DNA of 60,318 nucleotides, the filler included. It is 3 parts of 3 records of this genome, joined end to end, with 100 filler letters (N's around TTAATTAATTAA, not from the genome) between each part and the next. Parts side by side here need not be neighbours in the genome. Positions count along the whole stretch, not along the records: positions 1 to 28,936 come from SRR31156797_3462; 2 more parts are not named here. One strand, written 5' to 3'. Below, piece after piece: positions 9,406-18,209 of the stretch. Both the position numbers and the translations under genes were made by a program. Position 1 is the stretch's first letter. Each line of letters starts with the position of its first letter. Under the pieces are notes generated by a model. It was given only the letters and a program-made list of their open reading frames with translations, had not been told where the DNA came from and did no database searches.

Positions 9406-9931
9406 AGGAATAATGAATTGCTCCACAAAAGAGCTTCATCAAATAGCATATAAATTTCTAACCCGCTTCGATGATTATATTCAATTAGCATCAGATCAGG
9501 GCAAGAAACAACTTATATCTGAGTTTGAACACGCTTTTCATAGTGTGGAAAGGGTAATACATGAATTAGAAAAAGGCGTTGAGTTTACTGCAGAAAAAAG
9601 AAACGAACTACGCTGTATTATTAAGCAAACAGAAAAGATTGCTTCGGTAGAGCTTTTGCCCGATCTAAAAGTATTTGATCTGGAATTCCAATGGCAGTTT
9701 TATCTTATAAAAATGACATTAAACGAGTCTACTATGCCGGCCATTCAAAAGCAAGAAACTAAAAGAGCCTTTATGGGTGCATGCGGTCAAATGTTTTCTC
9801 TATTATGGGAGGATCTGGCTAAACTTAGCGATGAAGATGCTGAAGAATACTTCAGAAAAATGATTAACCAGGTACGAGAGTATTTTCAAGAAGAAAAAGA
9901 TAAACTTCGATTTAGAAATAAAATCAATTAA
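9392..9931 (+). CDS. Phage hypothetical protein
   Basis: 179 aa; QKQETKRAFMGAC segment. Confidence 0.7.
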   Translation: MAENKGIMNCSTKELHQIAYKFLTRFDDYIQLASDQGKKQLISEFEHAFHSVERVIHELEKGVEFTAEKRNELRCIIKQTEKIASVELLPDLKVFDLEFQWQFYLIKMTLNESTMPAIQKQETKRAFMGACGQMFSLLWEDLAKLSDEDAEEYFRKMINQVREYFQEEKDKLRFRNKIN

Positions 9932-10038
9932 CTAACAATATAAAACACAGGTGGGTAAACCTTTAGTTTAATCAGGGTAAACAATTAAACTAACCAAATT
10001 TGCACTTATACCCACCTTTGTTTTTAAATCTTTATACA

Positions 10039-10656
10039 ATGACTCAAAACAAATACTTACAGGCATTAATAGCCTTATTTCACCAAGAAGTGAAGGAAAT
10101 GGATTCACGACCTGTAAAACACACTTACGAAGATGAAGTCTTATATAGCAAGTGGATTTCTACAGTTGAAGCATCTGAATTTTTAAACGAACCGGTTTGT
10201 AAAGTAAGAGCTGAACTTACCCGGTTAGAAAAAGAAGGAAAGGTAACAGCTAGAAGAGCCAGCAACTGGATTACATGGGCAGCTAAGGATATACCCGGTT
10301 TTAAACAACATCAATTTAACGATTACTATTGTAAGGATGAAATAACATTCAATCTTTTAGAAGAAGCTCCTTTTGTGTTTCATCACATTCTCTCTTGGTT
10401 TGAAACTAACTATAATGAATCAGTTGAGGAGTGTGAGCAATTATTAATAGATGCTATTCGAAAATCCCCTTATTCAATTTTAGATTTATTTATTGCATGC
10501 TACGAGTTTAAAAAAGCTTCAAGCAGTAAACAAGGTCTTTCATTGCATTTATCAAAAATAAAGGAACTTTCTCTCGTAGGTTATAAAGCTTCTGTAGCTG
10601 GAATAGAATTGCGAAAACGACTTTTAGAAGAGTTGCACGGTAGTGTTTGTTGCTAA
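10039..10656 (+). CDS. Hypothetical protein with N-terminal winged-helix-like segment (likely start ATG 10039)
   Basis: ISTVEASEFLNEPVCKVRAELTRLEKEGKV. Confidence 0.6.
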   Translation: MTQNKYLQALIALFHQEVKEMDSRPVKHTYEDEVLYSKWISTVEASEFLNEPVCKVRAELTRLEKEGKVTARRASNWITWAAKDIPGFKQHQFNDYYCKDEITFNLLEEAPFVFHHILSWFETNYNESVEECEQLLIDAIRKSPYSILDLFIACYEFKKASSSKQGLSLHLSKIKELSLVGYKASVAGIELRKRLLEELHGSVCC

Positions 10657-10701
10657 CGGTGAAATAAAATGCGTTTTAATGCATTTTTATTGACTGTTAG
10701 C
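10652..10701. repeat. GCTAAC...GTTAGC imperfect palindrome (attC-like)
   Basis: GCTAACGGT pairs with ACTGTTAGC; inner ATAAAATGCGTT/AATGCATTTTTAT; upstream stop codon lies in TAAC. Confidence 0.55.
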
Positions 10702-10785
10702 TACTCTTCATTTGACATTAACTCCATTTAATACTATCTTACATATAGCATAAGACCTTATCTTAGGTATAGTTTGATTACTCAG

Positions 10786-10812
10786 GCCTCGCATTAGTGC
10801 GGGGCTTTTTTT
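10786..10812 (+). terminator. Intrinsic terminator ending the early/replication operon
   Basis: GCCTCGCA-TTAG-TGCGGGGC then T7. Confidence 0.8.
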
Positions 10813-11004
10813 GTTTTGTGCATCTAAGCTATTTGTAAGGGTAATATTCTCTCCATCTTTCAACTAAATATTTAGTTCTTTTTTGAAGCTGTAAATCCTA
10901 GCGCCTCGTTAGGGTAATTTTACTTTACGTAATATCCACTATCCATAAACTTGGCTCCGCCGTTCTTACTGCCCCTTCCCCCTCTAACCCCAAATTATTA
11001 ATTT

Positions 11005-11418
11005 TTTTGTAATTTGTAATTATTAATATTTAAAAGGGTGAGAAACAACAAAAAGGGACAGTTACAAAAGTGTTACAAAAATATTTCTGTTCTGTAATTT
11101 TAGTAAAAAAGTAATCTTATTTAGACTAATTTAAAGAAGCAAAACACCACTTTACAAAATTACAATTTGAGCAATGTTTTTGTAAGTATTGGGATTCAGT
11201 AGGTTACAAAACGCAATTTTGGCCTTACAAAATTTTGTAATCGTGTATAATTCAGACTATCAATAAGCTACAAATTATAAAATGCGATTTTTACAAAAAT
11301 GTCCTGTTTTCAGACAGAATTTAAAGTGAGGAGAAAAATAGGGACTGTTGAAAAAGTGTCCTGTTTTTGGTGATTATTGTTAACTATTTTGTCTGGCAAA
11401 GAGACAGATTTTTTGTAA
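11005..11418. repeat. Cluster of TTACAAAA/TTTTGTAA repeats, putative replication origin
   Basis: About a dozen copies in both orientations in AT-rich non-coding DNA downstream of the replication genes. Confidence 0.6.
11357..11391 (+). promoter_or_regulatory. Putative phage late promoter, copy 1
   Basis: TGTCCTGTTT...CTATTTTG. Confidence 0.5.
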
Positions 11419-11444
11419 ATTTAATCATTCAAAACCTCACACAA

Positions 11445-12014
11445 ATGTCTGATATTATTACGGTTAACGTACAGGTAAAACCTTACATTCGGCAATACCT
11501 GGTTAATAATTGTGGAGATCCTTGCGACTTGACATTATTACCCGAGGTACATAAGCAATTTTTAAAGTACTTAACAAAGCCGCTCTTTAGTAGGGAGTCC
11601 TTGCCTATGTCCTCACTTAATGAAAATCTTTGTGTGATTATTCCTCGCTGGGTGTTCAATCGCTATGGTTGGGAAATATCTAAATCGGGACAACAGGATT
11701 TTAACAGCTGGATGGAAGACAGGATTAAAATTTTAATGCGAACCTGGATTGGTCATCGAACAGCCATTGGCTACACAGTAGCCAAAGCTATCCGAAGTTT
11801 TCAGGATAAATTCAACTTCCCGGAAGATGTTTGGAGTTTCGAAGCCATTAAAAAGGATCTTCAGCGAAATGGAGATTGCTCCAGCAACAAAACGGTGGAG
11901 AATTTTTTAATGCAGTTGGATGCAGAAATGCAGCAAATATTTGTAAACAATATGTCTGCGAAAGGGACATACATTAGCGAAAAGTGGAAAAATGAGCTTA
12001 TTAAAATCGGATAA
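11445..12014 (+). CDS. Phage hypothetical protein, candidate late activator (likely start ATG 11445)
   Basis: Sits between origin and head module; VAKAIRSFQDKFNFPEDVWSFEAIKKDLQR is HTH-like. Confidence 0.65.
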   Translation: MSDIITVNVQVKPYIRQYLVNNCGDPCDLTLLPEVHKQFLKYLTKPLFSRESLPMSSLNENLCVIIPRWVFNRYGWEISKSGQQDFNSWMEDRIKILMRTWIGHRTAIGYTVAKAIRSFQDKFNFPEDVWSFEAIKKDLQRNGDCSSNKTVENFLMQLDAEMQQIFVNNMSAKGTYISEKWKNELIKIG

Positions 12015-12897
12015 TACTGCAGGCGGACTGGCCAAATTGTTTTTGTTGCGCTTAATTCATTTTCAGGGCTTTAAGTGGTCGGTTGAATATCAGAACTTTG
12101 TGTTAAATGATGTATCCAATTACCTGGAACAAATATACTTTACTCAGGACACAGGAAGCTTTGCCGTAACGCGAAAAAGCGGAGCCTATAATATTTCCAT
12201 TAAAGCCGTATTCCCGGGCTCTTCCACTTCCTTCGACGAACTGGAAGGATCTCCTTTTTTATTGGTTGGCCTTACCCACAATAAAGAGTACATACTCTTT
12301 GGCGATAAAAACAATTTTTTTATTTACGATTACGACCAGGACAGCGGAGCTGATTTCTCCGAGTTACATCAAACTGCCTTTAATTTAAAAAGGAAAATGA
12401 TGATGAAGCCACGGTTAATTAGAGATCCGTTTATAGAACCAACAGAAGTAAGCCTGGCTTTTGATGTATATAGTAATTTGGTTTATTTTTCTGAAGTATC
12501 AGAAGGTTTGTACCAACAGGATTTCAATTACTATATCAATCCTTCACATAGTATTCAGGCCAATATATTTTGCATAGGACCGTGTAATTTTAAAAACAGG
12601 GCTATTGTTACTTTCGAATTATACCAGGCATTTGCCTCCGGTAATTTTGCACCAGTATCTGGGTTTGCACAAACCATTGATCCGGAAACATTACAAAGTA
12701 TCGATAATCACTCCACTAGGTATGCAGTAGAATATAGCAGCCAACAAGCCAATGAGTGGGTTACGGTTACGATCGAAATTTGGTCGGACACACCGCCATT
12801 TAATGCCTTGTATGTATATCTAAGTACTAAAAATGTTGGTGTTGCAGTAGGCGAATACGCTCAAATGCGAAACTTTACAGTGCAAACACTCCCATAA
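11992..12897 (+). CDS. Phage hypothetical protein, possibly structural
   Basis: 301-aa beta-rich ORF before the head protease. Confidence 0.65.
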   Translation: MSLLKSDNTAGGLAKLFLLRLIHFQGFKWSVEYQNFVLNDVSNYLEQIYFTQDTGSFAVTRKSGAYNISIKAVFPGSSTSFDELEGSPFLLVGLTHNKEYILFGDKNNFFIYDYDQDSGADFSELHQTAFNLKRKMMMKPRLIRDPFIEPTEVSLAFDVYSNLVYFSEVSEGLYQQDFNYYINPSHSIQANIFCIGPCNFKNRAIVTFELYQAFASGNFAPVSGFAQTIDPETLQSIDNHSTRYAVEYSSQQANEWVTVTIEIWSDTPPFNALYVYLSTKNVGVAVGEYAQMRNFTVQTLP

Positions 12898-12899
12898 TT

Positions 12900-12935
12900 T
12901 GTCCTTTTTCCACAATAGGCAATGCGTTTGATTTG
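12900..12935 (+). promoter_or_regulatory. Putative phage late promoter, copy 2
   Basis: TGTCCTTTTT...TTGATTTG. Confidence 0.55.
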
Positions 12936-12952
12936 TGGGAAAAAGGATAAGC

Positions 12953-14092
12953 ATGGCAAAATATGTTATCGAAATAGATGGTCCAATTTCCAATTGGTAC
13001 ATATCAAAGAACTTTATAAATAACGAGCTTAAAAAAGCTGGTAAAAACGAAGTTCAGGTTAATATTTCCTCTCTTGGTGGTAGCGTGGATCACGCTCTTG
13101 CCATTCATGAAGCATTTGTGGAGCATGGTAATGTAACGGCTGTACTTACAGGGTTTGTTGCATCTTCAGCAACAATTATTGCTATGGGTGCAAAGCACAT
13201 CCGCATGAGCGAAAATGCTTTCTTCCTGGTTCATAAAGTAATGACCTACGTTGATGAGTGGGGATTGATGAACGAAGATGACCTGGACAAGGTTATTGAA
13301 ACGCTGAATAAAGAGAAGGAAGAAAACAAGAAAATGGATTTAGTGATTGCGCGCATGTATGCCCGCAAAACAGGTAAGTCCATTGAAGATGTGCATAACC
13401 TTATGCAAAAAGATACCTGGTTAAATGCTGAAGAAACCGAAGACTGGGGATTCATTGATGAAGTTTACCAATTGGATGGTAACGATAAGCAAAATATTTG
13501 GGAAGATTCTAAACGAGTGGCAATGATTGCTGCAGCTGGACTTCCTTTACCAAATCGAAAAAAACAACCTAAATCCTTAAGTGAAAACAAAGAAGAGTTA
13601 GACTCTGCTTTATCTAATCTCAAATCTGAGATTATCAACGGTGTAAAAAAGCTCCTTCCCGGGCAAAAAGATAATTCAACTAAAAATTCAAAACAGATGA
13701 GCAAATCACAAAAACTAGCAGCTCTTGTTGCAGTTATGGCCGTCAATTCTATTGAAGTTGACGAACAACAAGGTGCTTATATCAATGCTGAACAGCTTGA
13801 GAAAATTAACCAGGAACTTGAAAAAGTAACTGCCTTACAAAACAAAGTTACCACTGCCGAAAATGAGCGTGACACGGTAATCAATGCACTTGATGACATT
13901 GATAAAACCGTTGCTGATGCCGAAGGGCATGAAGCGAAAATTAATGCTGTAAAAGAAAAACTGGCAGCTAAAGCGGGAACCCAGCCAACAGGTAATAGTG
14001 GTGGTGATGGTGGTAAAAACAATGCAGATGGTGTGGATTGGGATGCTATTAACGCATTGCCTCACAACCAGGCTGCAGATGAAATGTACTAA
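12953..14092 (+). CDS. ClpP-like head maturation protease with scaffold-like C-terminus
   Basis: ISSLGGSV, ASSATIIA, FLVHK, DTWLNAEET..WGFIDE; coiled-coil tail. Confidence 0.9.
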   Translation: MAKYVIEIDGPISNWYISKNFINNELKKAGKNEVQVNISSLGGSVDHALAIHEAFVEHGNVTAVLTGFVASSATIIAMGAKHIRMSENAFFLVHKVMTYVDEWGLMNEDDLDKVIETLNKEKEENKKMDLVIARMYARKTGKSIEDVHNLMQKDTWLNAEETEDWGFIDEVYQLDGNDKQNIWEDSKRVAMIAAAGLPLPNRKKQPKSLSENKEELDSALSNLKSEIINGVKKLLPGQKDNSTKNSKQMSKSQKLAALVAVMAVNSIEVDEQQGAYINAEQLEKINQELEKVTALQNKVTTAENERDTVINALDDIDKTVADAEGHEAKINAVKEKLAAKAGTQPTGNSGGDGGKNNADGVDWDAINALPHNQAADEMY

Positions 14093-14112
14093 TCTTTTTA
14101 TTTAAAATACTT

Positions 14113-15078
14113 ATGGATATAGCAAGTTTATTAACCGAATATGGAGCGTATTACTTACGTTCAGGTCAAAATACAAAGAGAGTTGTTCAATTATTATTGC
14201 AAGCTGTTGTAACAACTTCTTACATGACTCCAATTAAAACTGATGACACGGTTTATCAGATGAGTAATTCTTCATTGGAGGATATTGTTCAAGGTTTCCA
14301 ATCAACATACACTCCAACTGGTCAGGCAAAGTTTATTCCTAACGAGATTAAATTACGTCAATTCAAAGTCGATTTTGATGTTATTCCAGATAAAATATCT
14401 GCATCCTGGTTAGGTTTCCTTACTTCTGATGCAGTTGCACGTAAAGACTGGCCTTTAGTTCGTTGGCTAATTGAAAAACACATTATACCAAAAATTAAGC
14501 AACAAATGGAGCTTCAGGTATATGGAAAAGGAGTTTATTCTGCTCCAACCGATGGTGTTGCTCATGCTGCTTCAGATTCAATGGATGGATTGAAAACTAT
14601 CATCCAGGCTGGTGTTGATTCAGATGGAACCACAATGGGAATTATTAACCACGTTGGATCAATTGGAGCTTTAGATACAGCTACTTCATTTGACCAGATT
14701 GAAGCATTTGTGGATGGTATATCAGAAGAGTATCAAAACGTTCCTATGAATGTTTTTTGTGCTCCTGAATACAGAAAAGCTTTCTTACGAGATAAGAGAT
14801 CTAAAGGATTCTTTAATATCTCAGGATCTTCTGAAATAGATGCAAGTATTGATTTTACTCCTCAGCAATTAGTTGGATTGCCTTCTTTAAGTGGTGAAAC
14901 ATTCATGTTTGCTACGCCTAAGTCAAACATGTTCCATATTACCAAGAAAAGTAAAAATCAAACCAATTTTAAAATTGAAGAAAGTAAACGTACTGTCTCA
15001 ATTATGGCTGATTGGTGGGAAGCTATTGGCTTTGGTATTAACGAGGCAGTTTGGACTACTTTGGATGAAACTGCTTAA
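14113..15078 (+). CDS. Major capsid protein (probable)
   Basis: 321 aa directly after the protease; SMDGL, ADWWEAIGFG. Confidence 0.78.
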   Translation: MDIASLLTEYGAYYLRSGQNTKRVVQLLLQAVVTTSYMTPIKTDDTVYQMSNSSLEDIVQGFQSTYTPTGQAKFIPNEIKLRQFKVDFDVIPDKISASWLGFLTSDAVARKDWPLVRWLIEKHIIPKIKQQMELQVYGKGVYSAPTDGVAHAASDSMDGLKTIIQAGVDSDGTTMGIINHVGSIGALDTATSFDQIEAFVDGISEEYQNVPMNVFCAPEYRKAFLRDKRSKGFFNISGSSEIDASIDFTPQQLVGLPSLSGETFMFATPKSNMFHITKKSKNQTNFKIEESKRTVSIMADWWEAIGFGINEAVWTTLDETA

Positions 15079-15122
15079 TCATTAACGTGGGGCGCTTTTG
15101 CGCTCCTTAAAGCTTTCGTAAA

Positions 15123-15680
15123 ATGGAAAATGTAAACCTGCAAAATATAGATAAGAACCTTCCAGGAGGTGCCAACATGGGTGGTATACCTCAAAAAATA
15201 TATTTTGCTTATTGGAAGGATGTGGCCAGCTGGCCTACTGAACCTGATGTTTCTTCTCCTATTGAGTTAGAAGCATTGGCTACCTTAACCGGAGAAATTA
15301 CCATGAACTCTGGTACCAACTTCTTTGAGATGTACTTAACGGATGATACCGGAGAGTTGACATTTGAAAGTGTTGGCGAAAAGGATGGTAAAAGTTGGGT
15401 TATTAAGCTTACTATTTTTCACCCAGGACTGCAAAAGAGAATCTTAGGTTTTATCAATGCAGCTAAGAATGATAATCTTGTTTGGGGTGTACCTGATAAC
15501 AATGGTAATCAATTCTTAATGGGTGATGCGCTTCGACCTGCAACATATGAAGATGCAGGTGACGGTGTTGGTACAGGTAAAGAAACGGCCTCACGCCCAG
15601 GTGTTGGAATGGTATTTACCTTTAAAACTAAGAATCTTTACCATTACGATGGTTCATTCCCACTAACCCCTGCTGTTTAA
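15123..15680 (+). CDS. Virion structural protein, possibly tail tube
   Basis: Follows capsid; NMGGI...FTFK, beta-rich acidic protein. Confidence 0.55.
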   Translation: MENVNLQNIDKNLPGGANMGGIPQKIYFAYWKDVASWPTEPDVSSPIELEALATLTGEITMNSGTNFFEMYLTDDTGELTFESVGEKDGKSWVIKLTIFHPGLQKRILGFINAAKNDNLVWGVPDNNGNQFLMGDALRPATYEDAGDGVGTGKETASRPGVGMVFTFKTKNLYHYDGSFPLTPAV

Positions 15681-15696
15681 TTTAAAATTGTATATC

Positions 15697-15885
15697 ATGG
15701 CTAATTGGAAAGATAAATACAAATTAGTAAAAGTAAAGCCTGGTAAAATTCATACCAGGTTGTTTGGAGTAATCGATTTTTCAAACGATAATGTACCGGT
15801 TGAAAAATGCGATAAACTTGTAGAATCAGGTTTTCCTTATTTAGAACCTGTTGGCGGTAAAACCACCGTTCCTGAAAAGAAATAG
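15697..15885 (+). CDS. Small phage hypothetical protein
   Basis: GVIDFS...LVESGFPYL; last gene before a terminator. Confidence 0.65.
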   Translation: MANWKDKYKLVKVKPGKIHTRLFGVIDFSNDNVPVEKCDKLVESGFPYLEPVGGKTTVPEKK

Positions 15886-15920
15886 GTTTTTGGTTCATAA
15901 TTTAATAGGTTTAATGTTTG

Positions 15921-15947
15921 GCCTCGCAGCAATTGCGGGGCTTTTTT
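15921..15947 (+). terminator. Intrinsic terminator
   Basis: GCCTCGCA...TGCGGGGC then T6; same stem as the terminator at 10786. Confidence 0.8.
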
Positions 15948-15960
15948 ATTATCCTTTTCT

Positions 15961-16006
15961 GTCGCAGCCTCTGTCCTTTTTTAGGCAGTTGCCTTTTTTC
16001 ACTTTG
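15961..16006 (+). promoter_or_regulatory. Putative phage late promoter, copy 3
   Basis: GTCGCA-N4-CTGTCCTTTTT...TCACTTTG. Confidence 0.55.
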
Positions 16007-16048
16007 CAGTCTCAAACGATAATTCATTATTAACCAATTCAAATTAAA

Positions 16049-16822
16049 ATGAATGAAGAAGTAAAAAAAGAGGTTATTGCTTTTCTGCAGACGGAAAATC
16101 CTTCTCCGGAAAAAGCTGCAGAATTAATATTAAAGCTTGGTACCAATAAACACGAAGCGCAGGTTTATATGGCTTCACCTGGAAGGTACCTGATGCAAAT
16201 GCGCTGGACATTAGCTAAATCAATAGGTATTGGCCTGCCTGATTTCCAAAGAGGTTACTTTACTGATATCCGCAAAAAAGGCGAAGAGGACTGGCCTGAG
16301 GTAATCAAGCGCATTAAAGCTGAATTGCCAATCATCCAGAACGATCGTATTGCAGCTCAAAAGGCACTGGTTGAATTAGGTGATGCTAACGACGAAGAAA
16401 CCAAGGCCAAAGCCAAAGAGCTTGGCGAAATAGCTGAAGCTTTGGGAGTACGTCATCAATTACTCCAGGAATCCAAAGAGCTGTATTTCGAATCCGAAGG
16501 TAAAATCATTCCTAATGAGGAAGAATTGTTCCCGGAAGAAGAGGAAGGCGAAAACCCTAAAGAGGATGAAGATCCAAAGTATGAGTGGGTCAATGACAAG
16601 GTAAAAGCCATGCAGGTTAAAAAGAACCTGGAATCATCTTTAGCTAAGGATAGAAACCGATTGAAATATCAATCGCCTTCTGCCAAAGATAAAGAAGAGA
16701 ACCCAATTCCTGAAGGACCTGAAAAGGATAAAATTGAGGCTCGCATTGCTCTAAAGGAAAAAGAGTACAATGCCATCCTTGATTTCTTAAAACCGGATAA
16801 TGACACTGATAAAACCGAGTAG
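16049..16822 (+). CDS. Phage hypothetical protein (helical)
   Basis: 257-aa ORF, first gene of the packaging operon. Confidence 0.75.
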   Translation: MNEEVKKEVIAFLQTENPSPEKAAELILKLGTNKHEAQVYMASPGRYLMQMRWTLAKSIGIGLPDFQRGYFTDIRKKGEEDWPEVIKRIKAELPIIQNDRIAAQKALVELGDANDEETKAKAKELGEIAEALGVRHQLLQESKELYFESEGKIIPNEEELFPEEEEGENPKEDEDPKYEWVNDKVKAMQVKKNLESSLAKDRNRLKYQSPSAKDKEENPIPEGPEKDKIEARIALKEKEYNAILDFLKPDNDTDKTE

Positions 16823-17390
16823 TGTTGTCGGGGTTAGCAAAATAGAAGGTGTGCAGAATGACTGCACACCTTCTTTAAACATTCAGAATGGTGAAAATTC
16901 GTTTGTTAATTCAGATCAGAAATTGCATAAAGTCATTGGTGTACTTAGAGCCGGAGAAACCAAACATTTATGGTCTCGCGGTACTTTTAATAGCATTAGA
17001 TTGCTTATGTGTATTGTTGGTCAGGTTGGCGCTTGTGATATTTTTATAAGTACTTATAGCATTTCTGAAAAGTCTGTAAGGCAGTTGAAGATTGCCCAGG
17101 AAAAAGGACTGATTAAGGATATTCGTTTTTTGATTGATAACCGTGTCCGGAGCATGAGCCCGAAACCTTTCCAGGCATTATGCGGATACTTTCCGGAAAT
17201 GGTCAGAACCACATCGATACACGCAAAAGTTACCACCATTAAAAATGATGATTGGTCAATATCCATCATCAGCAGTATGAATGCTACCGACAACAATAAA
17301 ATTGAGCGGATTGTAATCAGTCCCGATCCGGCAGTGTTTGAATTCGACAATCAGGTATTACACGATGAATTTTACAGAGGAGCAAATTAG
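16800..17390 (+). CDS. Phospholipase D-like (HKD) domain protein
   Basis: ISTYSIS, IHAKV...IISSMNAT. Confidence 0.75.
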   Translation: MTLIKPSSVVGVSKIEGVQNDCTPSLNIQNGENSFVNSDQKLHKVIGVLRAGETKHLWSRGTFNSIRLLMCIVGQVGACDIFISTYSISEKSVRQLKIAQEKGLIKDIRFLIDNRVRSMSPKPFQALCGYFPEMVRTTSIHAKVTTIKNDDWSISIISSMNATDNNKIERIVISPDPAVFEFDNQVLHDEFYRGAN

Positions 17391-17634
17391 TACGATTGAA
17401 GAAATGGCGGAGCTGTTCTATTCTCCTGAAGAAATAGCCATTAATATAGAAGTTGAGCCGGATGATTTTAGTGTTCATGTTAAAGCTAAAACAGGAAACG
17501 GCTATAAAGCTTTTATGCGTGGCTGGTTAAAAGGCGATATTGCTTTGCGCAATTCCATTGCTAAAGCTGCAGCCAATGGCAGTAATCCTGCCCAACAAAT
17601 GATGTTGAACTTTCAAAACAAGGTGATTATATGA
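17365..17634 (+). CDS. Small HTH-like packaging-module protein (terminase small subunit candidate)
   Basis: FYSPEEIAINI...AKAAANGSNPAQ, two genes upstream of terL. Confidence 0.55.
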   Translation: MNFTEEQISTIEEMAELFYSPEEIAINIEVEPDDFSVHVKAKTGNGYKAFMRGWLKGDIALRNSIAKAAANGSNPAQQMMLNFQNKVII

Positions 17635-18209
17635 GCCGTAAAGCCCTGGAAGATCAAAACTATGAACTGATTAAGGATGCGATTCTCAATCCTGAAGAAT
17701 CTCAATTGCCTGCACATTTACAATTTGCGCTGGATAGAACCGTTTCGGCTTCCAAGATCCTGGATAAAAATCCGGTTCAAAAACATGCGGTTGCCATTCT
17801 CCTGGAGAAATATCCCAACATCTCACGAGCACAAGCATATGAGGACTGCAAACGAGCTATTCGCTTGTTTAATTCCATACACACTTTCGATTACGATTAC
17901 TGGCAACATTGGCTACTGCAGGATATTGCAGAGCATATTCAGGCATCTAAAACAAAAGGCGATCTGAAAGCCTGGGCAATGGGTCATAAGAATTTACTGC
18001 AGGCCATTGGTGAGCGTCCGGAGACGGAAATTGATCCTAAGCTAATTCAGAAACATACTAATGTATTTGCAATTCAGGTTAACAATCAAACGATTAACAT
18101 CGATCAGAAAGCACTTGAAAAATTACCGCCTGAAGCACAACAGATGCTTGTAGCATTAATGAATCAACCAATTGAAGATAACAGAGCTGAAGAAATCTTT
18201 AATTCATGA
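17631..18209 (+). CDS. Hypothetical protein (terminase small subunit candidate)
   Basis: Directly upstream of terL with ATGA coupling; ISRAQAYED. Confidence 0.6.
   Translation: MSRKALEDQNYELIKDAILNPEESQLPAHLQFALDRTVSASKILDKNPVQKHAVAILLEKYPNISRAQAYEDCKRAIRLFNSIHTFDYDYWQHWLLQDIAEHIQASKTKGDLKAWAMGHKNLLQAIGERPETEIDPKLIQKHTNVFAIQVNNQTINIDQKALEKLPPEAQQMLVALMNQPIEDNRAEEIFNS

Noticed and set aside
11300-11310. Fifth TGTCCTGTTTT copy as a late promoter
   Set aside because: No TTTG at the 34-35 nt spacing; at most an auxiliary site
11005-11418. Possible CRISPR array
   Set aside because: Repeats are 8-9 nt, in both orientations and irregularly spaced; no cas genes
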